Of a stretch of 64,000 bases of DNA, positions 44,698-52,765 are shown piece after piece. The position numbers and the translations under genes are program-made. Each line of letters begins with the position of its first letter. Positions within the stretch are counted from its first letter, which is position 1. The DNA comes from a virus (taxonomy: Duplodnaviria; Caudoviricetes): positions 7,749 to 71,748 of IMG/VR virus record IMGVR_UViG_3300032007_000074; one strand, written 5' to 3'. Under the pieces are notes generated by a model that saw only the letters and a program-made list of their open reading frames with translations, had not been told where the DNA came from and ran no database searches.

Positions 44698-46194
44698 TCA
44701 GAACGGCAGATTTTCCATATCATCCTCTGGAGGCAGGTCCTCAAGCGCAGTCTTCACAACACTCTTATCCTTCTCCTCTTTCTCAACCTCAACGGCCCGC
44801 TGCTCCATGTAGTACCACACGCCATCGGTCCTCCTCTTGCTCAACACGCCCATCTTCTTGAACATCTCGGTGACCGCCGAGCGAGAGCGAGGCGTTTCAC
44901 CCCAATCCTTGCAGTAGTTGATGTATTCCTGGACCCACTCCTTCAAACTCTTCCACCCGGGGGCGCTCCAGCTCTCCGGATCCTCAGCGGCCACATATCC
45001 CATGGTCGAGATCCAGCGGCGCAACGAGTTCGAATTCTCCTTCATCTCCTCGACAACCTCCTTCACGGCGGAAGCAATGTCAATCTTCCCCTCGTTCGCT
45101 ATGAAAGACTTGTACCCTTCCAGCATCCAACTGAAAATCGCCGACTTCACCTCCGGAGCCTTCAACTTCATCTCGAGCATCGGGTCCTTGTCGCGGTCAT
45201 CAATGTGATTCGGAGCCAATATAATCAAAAAACGGCGGAAATACCCCTCTGTGTCGTCTGTTGTCGGCGGAATCTTGTTCGCGCAACACAACATCAGAGG
45301 AATCTTGTCCACCTTCGTCGGTCTCTTCGAGTATGGATGACGGCCCGTGAAGGCGCCGCCGGATACGAATTGCTTGAAATCGCCTCCGGAAAAGTCCTTG
45401 TTCGACACCTCGTCGCAGTAATTCACGACCTTTCCGTTTACATCAGCAAGATGGTACTCCATCTGAGAACTCTTGAACAACTGCTCCGGAGAATACGAGC
45501 TCGCCACATCGTGACCAAGCATGTTGATCACGGCCTTGCAGATGATACTCTTGCCGTTCTGGCCTTCGCCGACCACGAAGCAGATGTACTCGATCTTGTA
45601 TTCCTTCCGGTCCGCAAGGAAACACCCGCAAAACTGGTGGAATGTCTCCCTCATGCTCTCGTCAGGAACCGTCTGGCCCAAAACCTTGTCCCACAATGCC
45701 GATTTGGCGCCGGCCACATAGTCGAAATCCAGGACGATATCCGTCTTATACTTCACCGAAAACGGCATCAAACGCATCGTCTTCAGGTCCAAAACACCGT
45801 TCGTGAAGCAAATATACCGCCTATCCGGCTCAAATTTGCACCTCTCATCGCCCTTCAGCCGATTCAGCACGAAATCCTTGACGATCTTCGCAGAACCGGT
45901 CCTATACACGATTCCGACATTGCATTTCTCCATTACGACAATAATCAGCTCGAGCAACGTCTCCTCAAGCATGAGCTCGAAATACCTTCCGTTATACACA
46001 TACAGCATCCCGTCCTCGTCAACCTTGAAGAAATCGTTGCCCTCATCCCCGTCGATGCCGCAAATGTACCTACGGAAGTCCATCGCCATGAGGGCCTCCG
46101 TCCGCTTGTTAACCCTATCGTCGCTCAAGCCGGCGTCTTGGAGCGATGGCCCAGCCGTCGAGCATAAATAGTCTATGATATCACCATACTTCAC
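44698..46194 (-). CDS. D5/P4-family SF3 helicase (primase-associated)
   Basis: ICFTNGVLDL, Walker A GEGQNGKS, Walker B VNYCDE, and TEGYFRRFLII motifs. Confidence 0.85.
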   Translation of the reverse strand: MKYGDIIDYLCSTAGPSLQDAGLSDDRVNKRTEALMAMDFRRYICGIDGDEGNDFFKVDEDGMLYVYNGRYFELMLEETLLELIIVVMEKCNVGIVYRTGSAKIVKDFVLNRLKGDERCKFEPDRRYICFTNGVLDLKTMRLMPFSVKYKTDIVLDFDYVAGAKSALWDKVLGQTVPDESMRETFHQFCGCFLADRKEYKIEYICFVVGEGQNGKSIICKAVINMLGHDVASSYSPEQLFKSSQMEYHLADVNGKVVNYCDEVSNKDFSGGDFKQFVSGGAFTGRHPYSKRPTKVDKIPLMLCCANKIPPTTDDTEGYFRRFLIILAPNHIDDRDKDPMLEMKLKAPEVKSAIFSWMLEGYKSFIANEGKIDIASAVKEVVEEMKENSNSLRRWISTMGYVAAEDPESWSAPGWKSLKEWVQEYINYCKDWGETPRSRSAVTEMFKKMGVLSKRRTDGVWYYMEQRAVEVEKEEKDKSVVKTALEDLPPEDDMENLPF

Positions 46195-46206
46195 TGAATT
46201 CTGCGG

Positions 46207-46400
46207 GGTAGTTATGGTTTAACATATTGACGCTTCACAGTGTCCACCAATGCGGACCACTCCACGCCCTCTTCCCCTCCTACCGAGGGTGATTTAACTC
46301 CTATGAGATTCTGTCCTTGTAGGCCAAATCTCTTAATGTTTATAGCGGCAAGAAGGTCTCTGTCGTTCAATCGACCACAAGTAGGACAAACCCATTCTCT
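46207..46400 (-). ncRNA. Predicted TnpB omega/reRNA (scaffold overlapping the tnpB 3' end, plus guide)
   Basis: Scaffold likely ends at GAAGCGTCAA (46227); the following TATGTTAAACCATAAC... would be the guide. Boundaries are approximate. Confidence 0.5.
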
Positions 46401-47408
46401 ATCCGAGAGTTTCAATTCGTGATTGATATGGCCACAGATACACATTTTGCTACTTGGATCAAATTTCCCAATTTTAACAAAATTCTTGCCATAGTAATCG
46501 CATTTATATTCAAGCATCTTAAAGAAAGAAGACCAACTTGCATTTGCGATAGGCTTAGAAAGATTAGGATTCTTCATCATATTCTTCACGCTTAGGTCCT
46601 CTACGATTATCGTTTGATTCTCACTGACAATCCTCGCGGAAACCTGATGCAAGTAATTTTCTCTCTTATTTTTTATTTTTTCATATTGTTTTGCGATAGC
46701 CAATCTCTGAGATTCGTATCTGTTACTGCCCTTTACTTTTTTAGAAAGCCTCCTTTGCAAGACTTTCAATCGCTTTTCATCGTCCTTAAAATAATCGTTC
46801 TTTGGGTACACTTTTCCGTCAGAAAGAACTGCAAAATCTTTGATTCCGACATCAATCCCGACTGCGGTTTCGACTGATATATGCGGCTTTTCCGGATAAG
46901 TTAAACCATTATCTACATTTATAGATACATAATACTTTCCAGAAGGGGACTTTGTTATTGTAACCGTTCCTACTCTCCCGGAGAATGTCCTATCCTTGAA
47001 ATATTTTACCCATCCGACCTTCGGGATCCGAATTTTGTGCGCATCCTGGTCAATGATGATATTATTTACACATTGAAATGATTTCCGAGACTTCTTTTTC
47101 GTCTTGAACTGCGGGAAAGACTGCTTTTCTCTGAAAAATCTCGTAAATGCACCATCAACACATCTTATGGCTTGCTGTAACGAGTCGTTTCCAACCTCTG
47201 CGAGCCAGCGCTTATCTTCATCCTTCTTTAGAGATGTAAGCATCTTGCATAAATCAGGATAAGAAAGACGAGTTCCATCCTTCTGGTATGCCTCCACCCT
47301 TATCGCTAACGCCCAATTATAAATATATCGAGCACAGCCAAATGACTTCTCGAAATACTCAATTTGAGCCTTCGTCGGCTTGAGTCTATATTTATAGGAT
47401 CTGTTCAC
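46212..47408 (-). CDS. tnpB: IS200/IS605-family TnpB RNA-guided nuclease (no TnpA nearby)
   Basis: YKYRLKP N-terminus (GTG start); RuvC triad GIDVG / IVEDL / DRDLLAAINI; Zn ribbon CICG...CPTCG. Confidence 0.92.
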   Translation of the reverse strand: MNRSYKYRLKPTKAQIEYFEKSFGCARYIYNWALAIRVEAYQKDGTRLSYPDLCKMLTSLKKDEDKRWLAEVGNDSLQQAIRCVDGAFTRFFREKQSFPQFKTKKKSRKSFQCVNNIIIDQDAHKIRIPKVGWVKYFKDRTFSGRVGTVTITKSPSGKYYVSINVDNGLTYPEKPHISVETAVGIDVGIKDFAVLSDGKVYPKNDYFKDDEKRLKVLQRRLSKKVKGSNRYESQRLAIAKQYEKIKNKRENYLHQVSARIVSENQTIIVEDLSVKNMMKNPNLSKPIANASWSSFFKMLEYKCDYYGKNFVKIGKFDPSSKMCICGHINHELKLSDREWVCPTCGRLNDRDLLAAINIKRFGLQGQNLIGVKSPSVGGEEGVEWSALVDTVKRQYVKP

Positions 47409-47410
47409 GA

Positions 47411-47461
47411 CACAAATATAATAAAAAAACTAAAAACAAACAATTTTAGTTTTTATTTGTG
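47411..47461 (-). promoter_or_regulatory. AT-rich hairpin (possible IS left end) containing the tnpB promoter TATATTTG
   Basis: AAAAACTAAAA/TTTTAGTTTTT inverted repeat; -7 element at 47413-47420, 4 nt before the GTG. Confidence 0.5.
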
Positions 47462-47508
47462 CCGACTTTTCTAATTTATCCATTTCTATGCGGTTTTTTC
47501 AGTACAAA

Positions 47509-47819
47509 AGACTGGACAAACAGGGCCTCTCCGAAGAAAGGTGGGTACCCCCTGTCTGACCAGTCTGTATTTCCTTGTTCGCGCCGTACCCCTTAGCGCT
47601 CCTGGTGGACGGACCCAGATCCCTCCGGATCCGCCCTTGATAACTAATAAAAACACAAAACTAATGACCGAAGTCCTATGCGCATCACTGCGGGTTTCTT
47701 GGACCCTGGCGCAACTCCCGCCGGACCAGGGTCATTGGTTACGTAAAAACAACTATCCATTCTACAGGAGTTTTTCACTCCGCCCGGCTCCTTAACCGGG
47801 CATTTGCGGTTTGGATAAT
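47509..47819 (-). ncRNA. Three GC-rich structured modules separated by T-rich linkers
   Basis: Modules 47752-47819, 47665-47734 and 47509-47636, each with multiple complementary helices. Confidence 0.55.
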
Positions 47820-47823
47820 GTCG

Positions 47824-47927
47824 TTAGCGGTGGAGGACTCGAACCTCCGACTCCGGACTTACTTCGAGGCTCCGCGGACCCTCCCTTACCTCTACTCGCC
47901 GGTGTTTCCCCCGTAAACTAACCGCTA
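47824..47927 (-). ncRNA. tRNA-like RNA with a replaced anticodon arm (104 nt)
   Basis: Acceptor TAGCGGT/ACCGCTA, D-arm GTTT/AAAC, CCGG/CCGG stem, T-arm GGAGG-TTCGAGT-CCTCC; no canonical 7-nt anticodon loop. Confidence 0.7.
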
Positions 47928-47936
47928 ATTCCACGG

Positions 47937-48221
47937 CTACTCGCCACGCGCGAACCACTCGCGATACCAGGCGACGCACTCCTCGCGGCTAGCGAACAGA
48001 ACCTCGGCGTCGATAATCCCCTGATGACCGCACAGCTGATACTGCTCCTGCACCTTCATCTGGCCGGCCTCCAGCTTCTCCGCAATGCTCTTGCCAGAGT
48101 CCTGCTGGACACCCTCGACCGGAACAGGCACATACAAAGCGCCGTACACATCATCCTCCTCGATACGCATCGAGAGGCTGTTGAAAAGCCAGACGTGCTG
48201 GCCACACTTGAACTTACTCAT
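47937..48221 (-). CDS. Hypothetical protein
   Basis: Start MSKFKCGQ after an AT-rich leader. Confidence 0.6.
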   Translation of the reverse strand: MSKFKCGQHVWLFNSLSMRIEEDDVYGALYVPVPVEGVQQDSGKSIAEKLEAGQMKVQEQYQLCGHQGIIDAEVLFASREECVAWYREWFARGE

Positions 48222-48274
48222 ATGACTAAAACTTAACCTTAAAACATTCGGACTCGCTTGCAAATCCCGTGCCA

Positions 48275-48703
48275 TTAACGGCCCGTGCTTCCAAATCCTC
48301 CGGCCTCTCGATCGCTATCGCTCAAATTCTCCGCCTCAACCATCTCAAACTCCGGCAACTGGACAATCACAATCTGGCCGATTCGGTCTCCGCTGCAGTA
48401 ACGGCTGATATGAGGCTGGACCACGCGGTATTTAAACAGAATCTCACCTCGATAGCCGCTGTCGATCACGCCGACGCAGTTAGACAGGACCAACTGGTGC
48501 TTGTAAACGCTGCTCCGGGGGAAGACAAGCCCGACATATCCCTCCGGGATTTCCATGGCGATACCGGTGTGGTATGTCACGATCTCCCTCTTTCGGTCTT
48601 CTTCAACACTGACGGCAACCAGGTCGAACCCGGCGTCGCTAGCATGGGCCTTCTTAGGCAATACGGCCTCAGGCACCAATTTCTTAACTCTAATACTTTT
48701 CAT
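48275..48703 (-). CDS. dut: dUTPase (trimeric)
   Basis: AGFDL, PRSS, GVIDSGYRGE, RIGQIV and REAGGFGSTG motifs. Confidence 0.95.
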   Translation of the reverse strand: MKSIRVKKLVPEAVLPKKAHASDAGFDLVAVSVEEDRKREIVTYHTGIAMEIPEGYVGLVFPRSSVYKHQLVLSNCVGVIDSGYRGEILFKYRVVQPHISRYCSGDRIGQIVIVQLPEFEMVEAENLSDSDREAGGFGSTGR

Positions 48704-48860
48704 TCTCTATTCCGTCTCCGACATAATCGCAAAAATCAACGCTGGCTACCGGCTTCCTCTCGCGGCGGTCAATCTCGTCACGGACCTCAATCAACGCAGC
48801 CTTGCGGGCCTCGAACTCACGCTCAAGTTCCTTCCGGCTCAACTTTCTCAAATCTTGCAT
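48690..48860 (-). CDS. 56-aa hypothetical protein (not in ORF track)
   Basis: MQDLRKLSRKELEREFEARK...; TATCTTTG at 48865-48872 lies 4 nt before the ATG. Confidence 0.55.
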   Translation of the reverse strand: MQDLRKLSRKELEREFEARKAALIEVRDEIDRRERKPVASVDFCDYVGDGIENEKY

Positions 48861-48872
48861 GCGACAAAGATA

Positions 48873-49292
48873 CTACTTTTTCTTTTCTCCGCAAACACCA
48901 TAGTCAACCATCTTCCATCCAGTCTTCCTGGTCCACCCACGGATCAGCCTCACGCGCTCATCCCAGGCCCTGTCCCGGATCGCCTTCACCCTTCTCGCCT
49001 CCGTCTCCTCGTCAAACCGGTGACCCTTCTCGAACCGGCGACCGCCAGGGCTCTTCCGGATCTTCTGGCCGGTCACCTTCATGTATTCGACCCACCTAAC
49101 AGCACCACGGCTCGCGAGACGCTGCCTACGCTCCATGAACTCCTGGCTCTTCTTCACACCCAGCTTCGCGGCATGCCTCTCCAGGGTCCTCAGGCCGACA
49201 CCGAGTTCCTTCACCAACACAGCGTTCTCCTCGTCCGCATACCTCTCGAGCAACACCGCGTCCATCCAGTCCTTCCAAACACTCTTGCCCAT
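48873..49292 (-). CDS. HTH-like DNA-binding protein
   Basis: Start MGKSVW; ENAVLVKELGVGLRTLERHAAKLG. Confidence 0.55.
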   Translation of the reverse strand: MGKSVWKDWMDAVLLERYADEENAVLVKELGVGLRTLERHAAKLGVKKSQEFMERRQRLASRGAVRWVEYMKVTGQKIRKSPGGRRFEKGHRFDEETEARRVKAIRDRAWDERVRLIRGWTRKTGWKMVDYGVCGEKKK

Positions 49293-49759
49293 CACACCCT
49301 CCTCCACAACAAACCGCCGGCGCTCTTCTGCAGACCGTTCACCGCACGCCTCACAGCGTCCACCTTCACACCGCAAGCCTCGGCGGCTTCGCTCACCGTA
49401 CGCCAGGTACCTACCACCTCGCCATCCAGATCCCAGGCACGGCACCAGCAAACACACGCCTTCCGACCCCTGCGCTTCTCCTCCTTCTCGTCACTCCACT
49501 CCAAATTGCAAGCCCGGTTATCCGTCACGTCTCCGTTCTTGTGCCGCACATACTGCCGGCACTCAGCATTCGGCACGAACGCCCGGGCCACCAGATACGC
49601 GACCTTCACGCGCTTCCCGCCCAGGTTCACACCGACACCACCGATAGCCGACAACGGCATCCCGTCACTGTACACGTTCCCGTCATCCCCGACGGCATAG
49701 CGCCCCCAGAGCTTCTTCTTGCGCACCTCGCGACGGCCACTGAAAATTCCACTACTCAT
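49292..49759 (-). CDS. Degenerate HNH plus NUMOD1 protein
   Basis: VAYLVARAF...VRHKNGDVTDNRACNLEW; C-terminal SEAAEACG...KSAGGLLW. Confidence 0.7.
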   Translation of the reverse strand: MSSGIFSGRREVRKKKLWGRYAVGDDGNVYSDGMPLSAIGGVGVNLGGKRVKVAYLVARAFVPNAECRQYVRHKNGDVTDNRACNLEWSDEKEEKRRGRKACVCWCRAWDLDGEVVGTWRTVSEAAEACGVKVDAVRRAVNGLQKSAGGLLWRRV

Positions 49760-50085
49760 AAATCACCACCCTCTTGCAAATACCATACCGAAGTCAGATC
49801 TTTCACCTGAACCACATTCTCCTTCCTGATCGCCGGCTCCACCTGGCTCACCGGTACATAGCGAGAATTCCTTCCGTTCAAGACGCACACACGCCATCTC
49901 CCGGTCGCCTTCTCCTTGACGGCATAGACCCTGGACACCCACCTCAGCTGCACCCCGTGATACTTCCCTGATTCACTGATCGCCCTGGACACATTGCTTG
50001 CCGTACCACCGAGATCGAGCGCGGCCTCGTCCAGGTTCTGATAAACACCTCCGCCATCTACGCGGACAATTACTTGCTTGCTCAT
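49756..50085 (-). CDS. NUMOD1-like DNA-binding protein
   Basis: VYQNLDEAALDLGGTASNVSRAI; TATTTTTG promoter at 50110-50117. Confidence 0.6.
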   Translation of the reverse strand: MSKQVIVRVDGGGVYQNLDEAALDLGGTASNVSRAISESGKYHGVQLRWVSRVYAVKEKATGRWRVCVLNGRNSRYVPVSQVEPAIRKENVVQVKDLTSVWYLQEGGDL

Positions 50086-50175
50086 TTTTTATCCATTCAA
50101 GTTTGTCGGCAAAAATAGACACTTTCCGCTTAAAATCCAAAAAAATCCGCCAAAAAGGCTCTTCCCGAGGTGAAA

Positions 50176-50468
50176 ATGTAGTTTTCATGTAGAAACTACA
50201 TAAGCAACTACATAACCACATCCCGCTGAAAATCAAGCCGGTAGACCCATTTTATGTAGTTTTATGTAGAAAATGTAGTCGATTTTCCAGGAAGTCCCTC
50301 ATATAGCCCCCTCTTCTACACCCCTACTTACTTTAATACATTATTTAATTAATACCTAACTACATATAACTACATAACATTACAATATATTATAAAAGAG
50401 AGAGTTATAGAATGTAGTTGCCGTGAAGGATGGTAAGTATTTCGTTTTCGCGCTACATCTCGCTACAT
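50176..50468. repeat. Twelve CTACAT/ATGTAG hexamers in both orientations; candidate replication origin iterons
   Basis: Copies at 50176, 50187, 50196, 50208, 50254, 50264, 50273, 50360, 50370, 50412, 50453 and 50463, around an AT-rich core. Confidence 0.7.
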
Positions 50469-50714
50469 AAATCAAAAGCGCACCGGCTTAACAAAAATCG
50501 TGCTACGGGCTCCGTCTCAGAAAAAAAATAAAAAAAATTTCAGAATCGCACCCTGGTTTCGGTCCGCGGGTGGCGTCTCACACCTTGATACCCTTTTGAT
50601 TTTTAAGCGCTTACAGACAAAAAACGGTCGTTTGCTCCTTGAAAGTAACAAAAATGTTACAAAAGGGGCCTTTTTAAAATTTTTTAAAAACTCAGGGGCC
50701 CAGGGCGCCCAGGT

Positions 50715-50767
50715 CTGCCATTTTGTCAGTTGTCTGCCAATTTGTCAGTTGACCTGACATTTTGTCA
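50715..50767. promoter_or_regulatory. Three tandem quasi-palindromic operator-like repeats
   Basis: CTGCCATTTTGTCAGTTG, CTGCCAATTTGTCAGTTG and CTGACATTTTGTCA at 19-20 bp spacing. Confidence 0.55.
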
Positions 50768-51021
50768 TATTTTCGGATCCGCTGGCGTTACTTAACATAA
50801 TATTTTTTGTGTAACAAATACGGCGCTGGGGATTTTTCGCGTATATAGAGGTACGCACGCGTATATATGCTAAATGCTTGATAGTCAGCGTGTTATGGTT
50901 TTTGGTGGGATCCCTGCAATTTTTTTCGCTTGTAACTCATTGAAAATCAATAAGTTATAAACTTTGCGTGTTTTGTGGTGTAATTTTGCGTAATTTAGGC
51001 GTAAATTGCCTAAAATTGCCG

Positions 51022-51029
51022 TAACTTTG
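51022..51029 (+). promoter_or_regulatory. -7 element TAACTTTG of the early operon
   Basis: Consensus match upstream of the first plus-strand early gene. Confidence 0.6.
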
Positions 51030-51092
51030 CAACAGAAACAAGGACGAAAGATAAAGCAAACATATTTTAAAAACCTTTAAAAAATTAGTATC

Positions 51093-51593
51093 ATGAAACA
51101 GTCTGAAATTAACGCCGCCGCCGTCAAAGTTTTTGAGGCTTGTAGTACATGTAAAGCCGCCGCCGCCGAATACGGCAAACTTTCTGAAATGTACGGGAAA
51201 GAAAACGCCGCCGCAATCATTAAAGCGGCAAAGGGATTAATTAACGCCGATAAGGCCGAAAACCGGAACGAGAGGAACGGCGTAAAAAATTGGTTTTCCG
51301 ATTTTAATAAAATCGGCCTCCCTATTTTTGCCGCTTATTGTAAGGACGACAAAAAGGCCGGAAAAGTTGCCGCCGCTTTTAATAACGATTTAACGGCTTT
51401 TATTTCAGCTTGGTATCCGTGCACGGACGAAAACGGACGGCCTGCAAAGGTTGTCAAGGGTACTGCAAAGTTGGTTCGTATCAATGCCGCCGCCGTCCGT
51501 ACTATTTTAAGGGCCTGTTTTGATAATATCGTATTATCCCGTATTGGAAGGGACAAACACAATACGGTGACAATTGAAAACGCTGCAGAATAA
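51093..51593 (+). CDS. Hypothetical early protein
   Basis: 166 aa, Ala/Lys-rich, distinct codon usage (GCC GCC runs). Confidence 0.7.
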   Translation: MKQSEINAAAVKVFEACSTCKAAAAEYGKLSEMYGKENAAAIIKAAKGLINADKAENRNERNGVKNWFSDFNKIGLPIFAAYCKDDKKAGKVAAAFNNDLTAFISAWYPCTDENGRPAKVVKGTAKLVRINAAAVRTILRACFDNIVLSRIGRDKHNTVTIENAAE

Positions 51594-52135
51594 ATAGCGT
51601 TTTCCGGCCTTGAAAGTTTGAACGTATTTTCAAGGCTACAAATAAAAGACCGTCCACAAATAGGGACGGCGGGAAAATTTTCCGGAAATGCACGAACGTG
51701 CAAAGTAGTGGAAAACGGCCGAACGGCTGCAAAGATTTTCCGGCAAACTCTTTGAAAATATTGAACGACGATAGTAGCCGACAACCCGCGACGGGTTTAG
51801 TATGTCGTAAAACGGTGTGAGACTCTCGAAAAGAGCGGCTGGCCGTGTGTCGAAAGGGAATGATCGACGCGAACGGAACGACTGAACGATAAGGGCGAAC
51901 GAAGTGACTGAACGGCCAGGGATATAGGCCGGTGGGTCTGTGTATGTTAAGCTGAATCATGCACGGACGATAATAGGCGGAAAATAGAAGCAACAAAAGC
52001 GAACAAAACGACTTAAGAAGGACAACGAGATACGGAGTATCGGATTGGATAAACGTTTAATGCGTGAGCGAGTTGCCTCCAGGCATCATGTGCGACGGCG
52101 TACGTGAGCAAAGCGAGTGAGCGCGTGAACGGATC

Positions 52136-52170
52136 CGGCTGGGTGGGTTCGACTCCCACTGCAGCCGCCA
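52136..52170 (+). ncRNA. tRNA-like T-arm, acceptor strand and CCA
   Basis: GTGGG-TTCGACT-CCCAC-TGCAGCC-G-CCA. Confidence 0.55.
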
Positions 52171-52171
52171 A

Positions 52172-52276
52172 ATGGAACAACAATTTACGCAATACGACTG
52201 GGCGCTCAATAGGGCGGCGGTCCTTTCTTGGGAAGAGCAAGAAGAGCAACTATTAGAAGAAATCGACAACAACTAA
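52172..52276 (+). CDS. 34-aa acidic protein
   Basis: MEQQFTQYDWALNRAAVLSWEEQEEQLLEEIDNN; ATG 1 nt after the CCA. Confidence 0.45.
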   Translation: MEQQFTQYDWALNRAAVLSWEEQEEQLLEEIDNN

Positions 52277-52303
52277 ACCAACCGCCGAAGGAGGGCGGAG
52301 GAA

Positions 52304-52489
52304 ATGAAACTAAACAAGACAGAAACTACACAGCTGTACACCGTGTTGTACATGTTTGCGAAGGGTATAAGCGGATTGGACGACAAGAAAGGTTTTCCGA
52401 TTGACGGCAGGGCCCGTGAACTTGCCGGGCGTATTGCATGGGAACTTGCCAAAATGGGCGAGACAGAAATAACGACTAACAACCTTTAG
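52304..52489 (+). CDS. Hypothetical protein
   Basis: 61 aa with purine-rich leader. Confidence 0.6.
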   Translation: MKLNKTETTQLYTVLYMFAKGISGLDDKKGFPIDGRARELAGRIAWELAKMGETEITTNNL

Positions 52490-52522
52490 AGCCGGGGACG
52501 GGGATACCGAACAAATTGAGCG

Positions 52523-52762
52523 ATGAAAGCTAAAGTAAATGTGGGCGATGTCATTGTCGCCCTGCCTGTTGAGTATCTGGACCAGCAGACCTGCAGCAGC
52601 AGCGTGTTTGAGAATGTTCCGATTGAGAGCGTGGATGTATCCGCGCTGATTGAGGCGAACCGGACGGTCGGTGTGACGTGGTATCAGAAATGGATCATCG
52701 GCGAAGACCGGAAGGCTTTGCATATCAGCGTGCCGACGGAACTGATTAAATGGGAGGAGTAA
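52523..52762 (+). CDS. Hypothetical protein
   Basis: 79-aa ORF. Confidence 0.6.
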   Translation: MKAKVNVGDVIVALPVEYLDQQTCSSSVFENVPIESVDVSALIEANRTVGVTWYQKWIIGEDRKALHISVPTELIKWEE

Positions 52763-52765
52763 GCG

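Noticed and set aside
47420-47820. Group I intron/IStron upstream of tnpB
   Set aside because: CAGACTGG/CCAGTC looks P7-like, but I could not find the P3, P4-P6 or J8/7 elements, and no host gene is interrupted.
51724-52170. tmRNA
   Set aside because: It has no GGGGC 5' end, no G3:U70 alanine determinant and no tag ORF ending in ALAA-like residues.
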